Below, in pieces: positions 38,476 through 53,700 of a stretch of 64,000 nt of DNA. The position numbers were made by a program, and so were the translations under genes. Each line of letters begins with the position of its first letter. Position 1 is the first letter of the stretch. The stretch lies in assembly GCF_009914755.1 (NCBI RefSeq), contig NC_060933.1; one strand, given 5' to 3'. The notes below the pieces were generated by a model, which made no database searches, was not told the DNA's origin, and saw nothing but the letters and a program-made list of their open reading frames with translations. Source of the DNA: the human T2T-CHM13v2.0 reference genome, Homo sapiens.

Positions 38476-38918
38476 TGTCTTAGACTGGATTCCTCCAGAA
38501 GCCAACCGTAAAATGAGGATTTGAATGCAAGTAGTTTATCTGGGTGGTAATCCCAGAAAGTACTATAGAGAGCACAGAAATGGAAAAGAAATGAAGCTGA
38601 TACAGGGTGCATTAAAGAGCACCTCTCATTGTGGAGAAATGGGGCTCTGTGCATGCTAGGGATTTCTAGAAGGCTGCCAGAATATGCCTCAGCATTCTCC
38701 CAGCTGAGGGGCAAGAAAGCTGGAATATCTGTCATATGGTAGCTACATTGTTGTTTGAGGTTTATTCCCAGAGGCATTGAATTTTGGGTACTTTGGCCAG
38801 CCTTGCATATAGTCAGTGTACTTCTGAATCTCAGAAAACCCTCAGGCACAGATTCGCTCTTGTAAGAAAATGGTGAGTACCAAGGGACTAGGGCAGGGCA
38901 CTAGCTGCCTCTGCAGTA
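38476..38918 (-). mobile_element. LTR16-type ERVL LTR inserted into an L2 tail
   Basis: tgtcttag...ttcctccagaagc...ggatttgaatgcaagtagtttat; TSD ATGCT (38471-38475, 38919-38923). Confidence 0.7.
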
Positions 38919-39200
38919 ATGCTCAATAAACTCCTATTGCACAGAATTGAATGGAAGTTGCTGAGAGCTATAAGAAATATCAAATAATCCCAAGACCTCA
39001 AATCATCGATTTTTTACAAACCTCTTGCAGATACATGTTTTAAACAGTATCAACTCTGTCATTACTAAATGATTTGGGGGCAGTGCCACCTCTAAATGCA
39101 GTGAGGCAGTTTTTCTTCAGACACAGTATTCTTTCACATTATTGGTATGTCTTCTATAACCAGGCTATGTTACAGATGGAGCAAGATGGAGCAATAAAAG

Positions 39201-39247
39201 TATTAGATTGGTGCAAAAGTAATTGCTGTTTTTGCCATTACTTTTAA
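39201..39247. mobile_element. MADE1 (Hsmar1 MITE), one arm only
   Basis: tattagattggtgcaaaagtaattgctgtttttgccattactttt. Confidence 0.85.
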
Positions 39248-39319
39248 AGCATAACTTTTATGCTCTTTAAACCAAGCTATATAGGATTTAAGCAGAGACC
39301 TTAGGGGGGGAAAAAGACT

Positions 39320-39510
39320 TTATGGTCCTTTGGAAACAGTGCTGGGCCAGGAATCAGGGAATTTGGATTTTCATCTTCATTCTTGTGTAAACTTGTAGCC
39401 ATATGGCCTTGAAGAAATCACTTTGAAGCTTCTAGACTTCATTTTGCTCATCTGTAAAATGTACATATTGAACACTTAAGGTTTCTTCCAGATTCAAGCA
39501 TAATGATCCT
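39320..39510 (+). mobile_element. MIR
   Basis: caggaatcaggg...ggccttgaagaaatcactt...ctcatctgtaaaatg. Confidence 0.6.
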
Positions 39511-39591
39511 ATGAAATAAGGCAATGGGACTTATAAAATTTATGTGGATCTGGTAGAAATTGGGAGGAAAAAAATGGACATCTGTGCAAAC

Positions 39592-39740
39592 ACATATATC
39601 TATGTGTGATGTGTATATATATGTCTATATACACATTAGATACATTATATATCTATATACACATTATATAGATATGTTATATATCTATCTATATATATAG
39701 ATATGTTATATATCTATCTATATATATAGACAGATATATA
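39592..39740. repeat. TA-rich low-complexity tandem repeat
   Basis: Repeated tatatagatatgttatatatctatcta units. Confidence 0.85.
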
Positions 39741-41147
39741 ACTTCAGAAGTTATTTTTACTCTAAAATTAAAAGACAAATTTTATGGCATTCAGAATGTG
39801 ATTTGCAAATTTTTTTTCTCTTTTTTCCTGAAAGCAAATATTCTCTACCACTTGGAAATGAGAATGTGTTTTCCATGTAGGATCAGAATAGGGAAAGGAA
39901 TTTGAGAAAGAGTTATATCTTTGTTTTTCTTATTACTGGCCTGATTAAGTGGTCTGTAAAGATAAATATCAGTGGAAACTTTGTGTGGATGTACTAAGAT
40001 TGCTTCCCCTGTAACGCAAGTTTCTCTTCATTTCCCATTAGTCTTCAGAATTATACCAGTATAAAAGGATTCCCTATCTTTTAGTGTTGCAGTTTACTGA
40101 GTTAACCTAAGCTTGGTCTCATAACCCAATATAAATGCAAGATTTTTTGTTATTTGTTTTCAAGAGGTAGAGTGGTGTGAAAGGGGTAGTAGCAACCAGC
40201 TCAAGCCCATTGGAGATTTGTAGGGCTCACCTGCCCCAACCTCTATTTCCTAGAGGACTTTATGTCACACTATGAATAAGGGAAATCAGGAGTTTCAAGA
40301 TAAGCATGAAAATCATATTGTACTGGAGATGGCAAAGAAAAGGCAATTCACATTCTAGACCAGCACTAAACCCAATCATCTCTGGCTTTGACCTTCCCAC
40401 CTGGATCCTCTCCACCTGAATGCCTAGGCTTTGCTGATGTTTAGGTGAAGATGCTGAGTATGATTAGCTCTGATTTTAAGTTCCAGCCAGCCATATTGAT
40501 GAGCATTCTGCAGCTGCTGTTTCCGTATATTGAGAAAGCAAAGCCACGGTTGGGCTCTTCTGTTAGGGCTTGGCTACTGTGTGCACTTCCCTGGAGACCA
40601 ACCCCACTCCAAACTGGGTCTTGAGGGCTCTGGGAGTACTGAATGGATTTCTAAGCTTCTCTAGTATCTCTAAGGTGTTGGTATTTTCTTACTGGGCTAC
40701 TATGAATGAGATCCCAAAAGACCTGCCAGTCAAATTCAACTTTCAACTTTTTAAGAACTGAGAACATTTAGGTATATGAGATGCTCACCCCAGTCCAGTC
40801 TAGTCTACCACAAATTAAAGTGAGTAAGACTCAATTTTACTAGGGTCCCTGAAAGAAGTTTAGGTTCTATCTTTGGAGAGAAGGTTTGTGTATATGGTGT
40901 GGACGGGGAGGGGGAGGGAAATGGGGAGGAGAAATGTGGTAACCAACTCATTCTATAGTTGCATGTGGATTTTATTTTTGTACCCTTTAAGGTACTCATG
41001 TCTCAAAGTTTTAAGTCCCTATTAGAAGAAAGAATGGAGTCATTACTGCTCACAAAATCCTTATGTATCTATTAGGGGGCTTCATAAGATCAATGCATGC
41101 TTTTATTTCTTTTGGCAGGTATCTTACTCTACCCTGAAGGCATTAGA

Positions 41148-41340
41148 GCAGTGGTTTTAAAACTTCAGTATGCATGAGAATCACTAGGAGAGTTAAAAAA
41201 TGTAGATTCCTGATTCTCCTCTCAAAGACCAGATTCAGGAAAAGCGGTTGATTAGAAATTTAAATTTTAAATAATTGCCCCACCTGATGCTAAATGCTGT
41301 TGGCAGGTGGATCTTATTTTTTGAGAAAAACTATTTTAGA
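41148..41340. mobile_element. MER5-type hAT MITE
   Basis: gcagtggtttt...gcatgagaatcac...tgtagattcctg. Confidence 0.6.
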
Positions 41341-43879
41341 GAAGCTCATATGATGTTTTTGAAAAATCTCTTCACCTAGAAGGGGCCTTGTCAATGCCAG
41401 AAATTGGATGTTTCTAAGAAGACATAAATCATGAATAAGTAATGCATTGCTATCTACAGGAAAATAAATAGTAGGTATGAGATGTTCATCTGAAAGTCGT
41501 TGTTATTTGGGGACATCATATGTATTTAAACATTTTGTTTTGTATGTTCACCTTTTTTTGATGTTCATAAAGTTTACATTGACAAATTTCCTTTAGGTAT
41601 GGCAAATATAACCACTTAAGAGCTCTGTCATGTCATAGACTAGCCTGCAACCTTAAAACTGTTCAATCAGATTTTATGTAACAAACATTTATTAAATACC
41701 TACTTATTGAAACTTTTCTTTATGCTGGGCCGTATGCCAGGCACTGAAGTGATATCATATTTGAACTCTCCTGTAAATGGTCTATGAGTGTCCTGTACTT
41801 ACAGGCTTGTGTAAAATAGCACAGGTTCAGACAAACATGAGTTTTACTAAAGCAAAGAGGTGCTGCTTACTTAGTTTTAGTCAGCTTAGTTATCATAATC
41901 TTTCCTATAACTGGGAAGAAGGATATGATCTATATCTCCTCAGAGAGACTGTCAACTGATGGTGGGAAGAGGGTAAGACAGTCATGAGGGTGGGGAGAGT
42001 GTGCCCACAAATTATACCATCACAGTGCCCCAAAGATTCTGGCAAATGGGAGAATTGTTAAAGTCTTAGTGAATACAGAATTTAGGGGAACTAGCTCATT
42101 TCTCAAAAATGATGGGATTGAAAAAGATTTTAAAACTATTGACCTGTAATGATTTCGGGAGGCATTTTTAAACTTAGGACTTTGTAAATACAACAATTAT
42201 CTGTGAATGTTTGAATCCATACTCATACTCAGGACAGGAAGATATTCAGGACCAAGTCTTGTGACATACACAATACACATGTGATTTCCAGGTTCATACT
42301 CTCAACCTGATGGTTAACTTTCTGGAAGTTCTCCTTTGAGTACAGATTATGCTGTAGGACTATATCTGAAAATGCATAGTAAAATGCCTGCTGTTTTGAT
42401 CTATTAACCCTAGACTCCATTTGTTCTACTCTGCAGCCTGAGCTTTCTCCCAGAGTCTGAGCTCTCTGCTTGCTGTTTAGGTGCCTTTTCTGTTCTGTGC
42501 TTTTGAGTTGTGGGCACATTGCCCAACCCTCTCTTGATCCACAGCAAGGGGGCAGAGGTGGGGATGGAGGACAGGATTGGTTTAAACTTGGCTCACTTAC
42601 CAGCAGAGTCTCTTCTTGAAAAGGGTTGGACATGAAAAATTGATTCAGCTCCCAACTACAACACCTAGGTAGGTTTTCCTGTTCATCTGTTGAATGTCTA
42701 CCCATATGTGAGCTAATTATATTTTCCCTGTAACTACTATCCATACCTGAAAGTACTCATTCCTCCAGGACTCAGAGCTGCTTCAAGGACCAAGCTGCAC
42801 CAGGGCCAAAGAGATTTCAAGCACCACCAGGACCTTGACATCCTTTCTAATGGCATAGAGTGGACCACCAGAGAAACCCCTCCATTGCCAAGCCAGGACT
42901 TATAGGGAATATAACCCCTGGCACTGAAATCCTTCAAAAAGGGACATCACCTACCCCTTTCCACCCTAGGTTTGGAATATAAACATGCAATAAGTACTAA
43001 GATATTTTTCCTCTGTGATTTGCATTATCCTATTTTCCAGATTGTACCTTTTATAATTTATAATTATCTTAATTTTTATTTGCCTACTTTTTTATTGTGT
43101 GTATATATCTTTCACAGACTATAAACTCCATATCTGACAAATGCAAAATACTGAATAAATATTGGCTCAGGGAATGAGTAGATAAACCTTTAAAAAAAAT
43201 CTAAATATTCAAACTTTTTCTTTCCCCTCACTAATTCCTCTTAAAAAAGGAAGGAAAATGAGACAGGAAAGGAACTAGAAGCATTAGACCAGATTACCTG
43301 CAGTATTATTATTGCCCTCTACACTTTAGTTGTACCTAAATTGGAAGAACGAAGCAAAGCTGTCTTCAAACCCTTTATTCCTTAGTTCAGTTTTTTTCAA
43401 AGCCCGAATGGGGATTGGCAGTCTTCATGCTCTGAACAATTGGGTATTCTTTTTTCTTAGAGCCCAGATGCATTTTTTTGAAAGTCGTTCCAGGGGCCTG
43501 AGATGAAGTGGGGGTGTGAGAAGTAAGTTGGCTAGGGCAGATAGAACCTAAGTGTCTTCTCCTTAAGTCAGCTCCCCTTACGAGGCTGTATGATACTGGG
43601 CCACCCCCATTCACCGTGGAAAACAAACCCATCACTAATGGACTGTATTTTGGCATATGAAGTAGTCAAAGACAATTCCTGATAGAACCATTATCTACCT
43701 GTGTGGTCCTTCAAGAATTAGAGGAAGAAGAATTCTGTGCCTCTGAGAGATTTTGAAAAAAGAAAGAGTGCTTCTGGGGGGACTAGAGGACAGAATATAT
43801 ATCCAGAAGGAGATTATAAGAGAACTAGGTAAACAGGACCACAGAAGGACTTCCAAGAGCCTAAGGAAAGGTCTCAAAT

Positions 43880-44165
43880 GAAAAGCTAGAGGTCCTATTC
43901 TACCTACAAACGTATTTCATTTGGGTCACACAGTGCTTATCAGGAAATCCAAATTCTGATGCCTCCTGCAAAGTTGAAAGATCTGGTAACACTGGGATCA
44001 CATCCCATAGAGCAACAATATCCTAAAGCTGGGGTGCAGCTCCCCCTTAAAAGGGAGCATATATTTTTTGGTTAGCCAAGTCTCACTACTACCTGTTACC
44101 TTATATTCTCCCAATTTTACTCATTTATATTGGTTCCAGTAGGCTGTGAGATTTCAATTTTCATC
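43880..44165. mobile_element. MER102-type hAT-Charlie element
   Basis: gaaagatctggtaacactggg...gcaacaat...agctggggtgcagctcccccttaaa. Confidence 0.6.
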
Positions 44166-45009
44166 TATGGAATAGATTTAGGATTTTTAAGGGGACAGTG
44201 TAGAAGTGAATGCATAGTCACTGTTTGCCTGACTCCACTGGATAGAAGCAAAGGCTCTGAGAAGGTGTGGTTGTCACACAGTGATTAAAAGTCCTCTGGA
44301 GACACACATGGAGAATGTCTCTTGAACCTGAGCATTTGTCAGTGATGGAAAATTTCCTGGTGAATTTTTCACTCCTTGGTGATAGTTTTCTTTGTTAACA
44401 TCCTTGGCTTTGCATTTTCGTCAATTTGTGCTGATGTCTCTGTAAACACTCTTACCTCTTTTGGACATTACAGCTATTCTTTAATCTTTATACTTCAACC
44501 TTCATTTGTTCCAAGTGGCTAAGTAGCTCTCTACTGGAAAATTTGCTTAGTCTCAGCAAATGTGCCTGTTATTAGTTCAGATTAGTTTTGCCAAATCACT
44601 GAATATAATATCCTTGGGGTAGAATAAATTAATACATTTGTAAAGGTAATTCCACTAAGTTTTCTTTTTCACAGCAGTCAGAAAAAGGAAATAGAACATT
44701 TATAATGGAGCCTTTGGAGTGGTTTTCTAAAAGACCCACAAAAATTCTAATTCATTGTAATTTGGTACCTTTCACATTTACAGAGACAGATCATACTGGC
44801 CACTTCCACATCCTTTAGTGCTTCCCACCTTTGGCCAGGCTAAGAGAAAAGAAGGATCTAACTTGGGCATGCCATTTAGTCTGTCTGTGCCTTGGTTTCC
44901 TCATTCACTTACTGTCATTTATTGAGCACATGTGGAGTGTATTGGGCAAGAAAGGAGGCCTACCCTCAGCTCAGAAACTAATAAACTGAAAGAATTCATT
45001 TTAAAAAAT

Positions 45010-45195
45010 TGTTTTTCTGAAAGTGGGGTCCCAGACCAGTAGCATCATCATTACCTGGGAACTTTTTAGAAAAGCAAATTCTCAACACCCACTTCAAATG
45101 TAATGAATCAGAAAGTCTGTGGGGTAGGGCCCAGTAATTCGTGTTTTAACAAGCCCTCCAGGTGATTGTAACAAGCATAAATATTTGAGAATGTG
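45010..45195. mobile_element. MER5A
   Basis: aaagtggggtcccagaccagtagcatc...tgaatcagaaa...tgttttaacaagccctccaggtgatt. Confidence 0.8.
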
Positions 45196-46695
45196 TGTGT
45201 TCTGTGTTCCATTTACAGAAACTATGTGAGTTTCTCCACAAAGCTTTCTCTGAAATGAAATGAATAAACTAAGCATGAGGTCTGTGGATTCAAAGAGGTG
45301 GACTTTTTCCTCTGTGAATTTTTCCCGTCTGGCAGATATGTGTGGGTAACTCAGCGTAGCTGTGTTATAGACAGGACCAACCTTAATTGTGGAATGAATG
45401 AAACACCTTTGCTCCTTATCTATCACTCCCTTTAGGGTCGTTTCTTGGATTTCTTGGCCCCTTCAGTCCATCAGCACCTCCACAGCCCAACAATCTGTGC
45501 TTCTTCCCTTTATAAAGCCCCCTTTTTATTGTTTATTCATTAGAAAGATAGGATCTACCAATCACATGAGGGACTGATGTTTGTTTTAAACCATGAAGAT
45601 GAATAGGGTAAAACCTGCAACATAGTTTGAGTAATTGACACTGCAGTTTTCTTGCTAGCCAAACTATTTGATTTCCACATCAAATCAATGTCAAGGAATC
45701 TGACTATTCCGGGTTTGTTCATTTTTCAGCTACTGAGGTAGTCACTCTAACGAATTACTGCAAATGTGGATAATTTTTTAGCGAGAAGTTTTAAAAATAG
45801 CACATCAGCTATGTTCTGGGTCACAGCCTCGCTGATCTAATCATTTGCTCTGTCTTCAAGATTGACATTGATTCCTGCAGACAGTTTGATTGTGCAGTGA
45901 CTGTTAACCCAGGTATAAGCCCAGGAATAATGTTGTCTTAGATGTGAAAAATGAGCCATACTTCCTGGAAGTATATGGATTACTTTCATAACCTTGTAAG
46001 TTTCCTTCAGATGTAGGATTATTTTTAGAATTATAAAACCAAATGTTACATACATTTTTTTATGTCCTGATAATTGCTTTAAGTTGTGGTCATCAACCAT
46101 GCTTTGCTAACACTACAAATAGTGGCTAGTGCTGCAGTACAATATACAGTGGCATTTTGTCATAGCAAAAGTACTTCTGGCTTAGTGAGGTATGAATTGC
46201 ATATACCTTGAAGAAATTAATGTAGCCCCTGCTATTTCTTTAGAGTACTGCAGAGATCATCTGGTATAAGACAGGAGTATGAGAAGATAATAACACCAGA
46301 AACTTAGGAATCCTTAATCCAGGGGCTCAGGGGTTCCCTGGGCTCTGTGGGGCTTTGTATGGGAAGTAAGCAGTGGTTAAACAACAGACTGGGAAGACAA
46401 GTCTGTGCCTCGCCATTCCCACCCACTCTCTTGAGTCTTCTGCAGGGGGTACTTGACTTTTTTTTCTTTCTCTCATTCTTTATGACAGACTATAAGAGGA
46501 TTCATAGTCTCCAATCAATTTTTCTTCAAAATTTGGCCTTGCGTCATATGAATATGATGGATTTGACACATTTATGTTGATCAATTTTGTTGATAAAAAT
46601 GGAGAGGCATTTAAAATCTAGAATTTAGAAGAAGAATGCAATCTACTGCTTTATCTTTACCATGGAAGTGGGTATCCTTCCATTTTTAATTGTAA

Positions 46696-47042
<347 letters not shown>

Positions 47043-47129
47043 TATAATTATGGTTTTATTGCCCCTGGTTAAGTTCAGAATTAAGATGTTGATGCTGAAA
47101 TTAATGTTCAGAAAAGATAGGGGATTTCA

Positions 47130-47525
47130 CAAGGGGTCACCTACTCAGTCAGAAATAAGATTCATTAAGATGGTAAGAAAAAAAGGCAGCCCCTGCCACC
47201 CAGGAGCTGTCCTAGTACTATCAACCGGGCCTTGGTGTTCTCAGATGAACACAAAACATTTCATACACACCATCATCAAACAAGGCTATTCTATGACCAT
47301 GATGGATCAAGACAAAAACAAGACTACTCTGAATTCACATCTGAAAACAGAGAAAACATTGTCCAAATCAAAAAATATGAAACATTTACCTGTCTTATCT
47401 AATGAGTGACTGAGATATCTAAGACCACACAGTCCCATGGTGTGCATCATCCCTTGCTGCAACAAGCAAACCAAACTTGGTTCAACTCTAGGGGTTTCCT
47501 GGTGGTCTTTGGCCAGAAAATATTC
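47130..47525 (+). mobile_element. ERV1 LTR (MER90/MER89-like), internally deleted
   Basis: gaccatgatggatcaagacaaaaacaagac...ttcctggtggtctttggc. Confidence 0.55.
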
Positions 47526-47774
47526 TATAAATGAGCTAATTACTCAGTTGTGTCCATTCTGGGAAACAAATCTGAATTCTACTAGTTAGGCCCACCTCCT
47601 TAACACTAGGCCTGGCATGTTCTTAAAGCAACTCTGTCCCTCTCTGTGACTTCAGTTCTTCTGGGAGATTTATTATTAATGGGCTCATATGATGAAAAGA
47701 TTTTAGTCTTTTGGACAGAAGGAGTAACTTTCTTCTTAGAATCCAAACTAAAAATGGATCTTTCATTTATAAAT

Positions 47775-47985
47775 GATAATAGCTAACAGCTAATACTATA
47801 TATCAGGCACCGAGCTAAGTATTTTACATAAATTGTTTTAATCCTTGTAACAAGCCTATGAAATGGATATTATTACCACCTCCACTTTACATACAAGGAA
47901 ACAAATACAGAGAGGTGAATTAAATTGGCCAAGATTATACAGCTAATGGTAAAGTTAGGGCTCAAATTCAAGTTGTTCTAACACT
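47775..47985 (-). mobile_element. MIR (copy A of a locally duplicated pair)
   Basis: tttaatcct...cctatga...ctttaca...agagaggt...acagcta. Confidence 0.75.
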
Positions 47986-48035
47986 ACATCCTTTGCTTTT
48001 TTTGCTGTGAGATTTTTTTTTTCTTAGACACCTAG

Positions 48036-48419
<384 letters not shown>

Positions 48420-48955
48420 TGATAGTAGTAAATCAAAATGCCAGCTATATACAGAGTAACATACATGATTCCAGAAGATCATAATAATAATTGTCAAAAT
48501 ATTTGCATATTTTATCTTATGGTAAATGTAATTTCCAACATCATTCTTCTTAGTACAATAATGAGTCCAGTGATCAAACTCTTGAGAGAAAAATGCACTG
48601 TTGTCAGTATATAACTATAGGTTTCAGATTATATAAACAGGTATTGTCAGTTGTATATTCTCTGAGTTATCAAGGATCATTGTGTAACTATATAGGAAGT
48701 TGTCTTCTTTGAATATGGTAGACATATCTATATTGAAAGGAATGAGAGATATCTGTAACGTGAGGATTGAGTACAAGTGTATGATGATGTTGTCAGTTGT
48801 AACACGTTTCCTGTGTAATTCTCTTCCTCACTGGTAATAGCTTGTTGAGTATTTTTATCTAGAAGTGCCACTCAGTTTGCCCTAGAGTATTTTATTTCTT
48901 TTATGCCAGTCATTCTCATTCTTCACTGTTCTCTGCCTGTTGTAGTCATAAATAG

Positions 48956-49125
48956 TTTACATAAATTAACTTGTTTTAGTCCTTGTAACAAGCCTATGAA
49001 GTGAATGCTATTATTGCCTTCACTTTACAGATGAGGACACTGCAATATAGAGAGGTGAATTAAATTGCCCAAGATGATTATAGCTAATGGTGAAACTAGG
49101 GTTCAAATTCATGGTGGTTTTATTC
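48956..49125 (-). mobile_element. MIR (copy B of a locally duplicated pair)
   Basis: ctttacagatgagga...agagaggtgaattaaattgcccaag. Confidence 0.75.
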
Positions 49126-50716
49126 CTATCTAATAGTCTACTCGATCATTCCTTTAATGCAAACTTACCATTCTTCTACAGTTTATCAGAATTTTTATAA
49201 TAGTTTAGCCATTTTTATACCTCTTCAAACCTTTAAACATTTGATCCATGTTAGTTACTAAATCAAGAGCTTATTTGAATATCCAAAAATGCATAACATA
49301 GTTTAAGTAAGCAACCAGAAAGAGATAAAATCCTTAAAAATACTTTTTAAAAGCACTATATTAAATTCAAAATAAGGAATCTGTTTAAATTTCATATTAT
49401 GTGGAAATTCTAAGGTTATTAAAATAGTAAAAGTGCAGAAGCATATAAAATTTGTAAATACATTACCTTTCTGTCATTTTTCAATGTCAACTTTATAAAT
49501 TAAAAGGTATGGTTTAAACATGGTTACTGTGTGCTTTCATGTCCATTATCTGGAGCAATCATGGGAAAACCTATGACCACCTGAGTCTTTAGGATATATC
49601 TTAGCATTTTGTTTATAGGATACTCTTTATCAATTCCTACTTTATACCATTTGGTTTGCAATTCATTTTTATGATCCTTCCATTCCTCCATATTGCCAAT
49701 CAGATTCTAAAGCTGATGTTTGGTACTTAACAAGGAAAATACACTGTGAAAAAAACAGAGGGAAACTTAGTTTAATCATAAGCCCCTCAAATGCAAATGT
49801 ATCATTGTCTTAATGTAATTCACATAAGGTTAAATACTGAAAGAAATAAAGGTTATAATTGAATTAAATAATTTCTTTCATCAGTATTGTATCCCTTAAT
49901 GCAAACTTCTATGACTCCTTATATTCATAGAAAGAACCAGGAACATGGGTCAGTTTACAGAGAAGTGTTTGGCTACAGTTCTGATCTCTGAAGAGAATGT
50001 GCAATTCAGTCACTCTTGACTGCTCTGTAAGGCCTCCAGAAAAATCTGTATAAAGAGATGGATGAGGTGACAAGACAGATGCTGGTAATAAAAAAGGGAG
50101 CTTAGGGATTGCTATCACTGAAGGACTGAAGGACTGAGGATTAGGTCAGAAATATTTTTGTTCAAGTCCATTCAAGAATCAATCACATTCTGCAGGAATG
50201 CTGGGGAAAATTACAATTTGACCTGCTACAGAGGTACCTTATATCCTTGAATAGCTCCTTATACTTCAATAAGCTTAAGTACATCATGGCACTGCCAACA
50301 TATTCTAACTAGCTAGCACATACCCAGCACTTTGTCATGTCACATTAATTTTTAGAGGTTTATTATATATGTGATAGGTGTGTAGATATATACACATGCA
50401 CACACACACATATACACACACGTGAATGTACTGTGTAATAAAATCAAAACGCCAGTAGTAAGTATTTTAAGACAAAAATCTGGAGCTTAAATTTTCATTC
50501 AGAAAGTCATTAAAAGTTGTTATTTTTAACTTAAATGATAAATATTCTAAAGAACATTTTGCTCAATTGAGAAATAATTCACACCTTTAATTCTATCAGC
50601 ATTATTCATTAAATTGGTTTGGAAGTCCAACCCTATGCTCTCAAAACTAAACAAAAATAAACATTGGAAAGAATCAACAAACTATATTACTTTATAGCTT
50701 GAAAAGCTAAAGGAGG

Positions 50717-51028
50717 GGTCAGGTGCGGTGCATCATGCCTGTAATCCCAGCACTTGGGGAGGCCGAGGCAGGCAGATCACTTGAGGTCAGGAGTTCAAGA
50801 CCAGCCTGGCCAACATGGTGAAATCTTGTCTCTACTAAAAATACAAAACTTAGCCAGGCATGGTGGCAGGCACTTGTAATCCCAGCTACTCAGGAGGCTG
50901 AGGCAGGAGAATCACCTGAACCTGGGAGGCAGACGTTGTAGTCAGCTGAGATCACGCCACTGCACTCCAGCCTGGGTGACAGAGTAAGACTCCATGAAAT
51001 TAAAAAAAAAAAAAAAGAAAGAAAAGAA
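50717..51028 (+). mobile_element. AluSx-like
   Basis: Full Alu dimer; TSD aaaagctaaagg. Confidence 0.95.
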
Positions 51029-51093
51029 AAAAGCTAAAGGGACCAGATAAACTCTCCTGAAATTTTATGTTTGTAATAGTAAAGTTATTTGAA

Positions 51094-52525
<1,432 letters not shown>

Positions 52526-52667
52526 CAGAGCTGTTTTAAAATTCATTTACAAAATGAATTTTACAAAAGCAAATAAATTTTTTGAAAAGAAACAGAAATT
52601 AGGAAGAGAATCTGCCCTTAATGGCACTTAAGGTACTTACATCAGTAAATAAAATACAAAGCTGAAG

Positions 52668-52869
52668 TAGGATTTGTCAACATCAGCACCATTGATATTT
52701 GGGGCCAGATAATTTTTTATTGTGGATGCTGTCCTGTGCATTGTAACATGTTCAGTAGCATCAGTGGCCTCTACTCTACTCATCAAATGCCTGTAGCACC
52801 TTCTCCTTCAGTTGTGATGACCAAAAATGTGCTCTTGGTAGAAAATTTACCCCTGGTTGAGAACCACTG
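52668..52869 (-). mobile_element. MER20
   Basis: ggggccagataatt...gctgtcctgtgcattgta...ccctggttgagaaccactg. Confidence 0.85.
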
Positions 52870-53330
52870 AGCTAAAGAACAAAAAATAGAATCAGAAATT
52901 AATGAAATATGTTGAAAAGCTCAAAAATTGACCAGTTATATATAAGAAATTCATGTATGGTAAGGTAGGCATTACTAAGCAATGAATAAGGAAAATATTT
53001 ACAATTGGAGTTGTGATTCTCAATTTTAAAGTAGATTAGCGTATAACCCATGTTTAATACTATACATTAAAATTAATGCTGTGAATAGAATTAAATATAT
53101 GAAGTAATATCATTAAAAATAACCAGAAGAGAATAGATTCAACTGTCTGATCTTTGAGGTAGTAATTATTGAAAGAAATTATCTGAAGATTCTATCACAT
53201 TAAAAAAAATCACTGCCCTGCTTAAAAAAAAATCAGTGTTTTGACATGAATGTCATAATTAAAAAGGGAAATCATAGAAAAAGAAGACATTTGAACCTAT
53301 TATAACAGATTTAGGATTAAACATATATAC

Positions 53331-53700
53331 CAAGGGTTAGCAAACTTTTTTGGTAAAGGGCCAAATTATAAATGTTTTAGGCCTTGTGGGCAGGGACAGT
53401 TTCATGGACTTGTTACCTGCACTTGGTTGAAACTTCTGCTGTCACTGTCTTAACATTCCCATTAATTGTTTAACAAGGGGCTCCACATTCTCAATTTTTA
53501 CTGGACCCTGTAAATTATATAGTCACTTCTACCTGTGGGCCATACAATCTCTGTTGAAACTATTCAACTCTGTGGTTGTAGTATGCAAAAGCAGCCATAC
53601 ATAATACATAAATGAATGAGTGTGGAAGTATTCCAATAAAACTATAAAAACAGGCAATAGACCAGGTTTGGCCCATGAGCCATAGTTTGTTGATTCTTTG
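53331..53700 (+). mobile_element. MER58A (hAT), interrupted by MER45A
   Basis: caagggttagcaaactttttt.gtaaagggcca...aaagcagccata...tttggcccatgagccatagtttg. Confidence 0.85.
53391..53531 (+). mobile_element. MER45A (hAT-Tip100) nested in MER58A
   Basis: cagggacagtttcatgg...aacaagggg...aaattatatag; 8-bp TSD c(t/c)tgtggg. Confidence 0.75.

Noticed and set aside
39201-39260. MADE1 as a miR-548-type hairpin
   Set aside because: Only one arm is present, so the palindromic precursor cannot form.
41100-41602. Further acceptor-donor juxtapositions (cag|gtatct at 41119, tag|gtatgg at 41597)
   Set aside because: Weak donors or short pyrimidine tracts; expected by chance in T-rich introns.
42229-42744. 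171-aa minus-strand ORF
   Set aside because: No recognisable domain or splice structure; length is compatible with chance.
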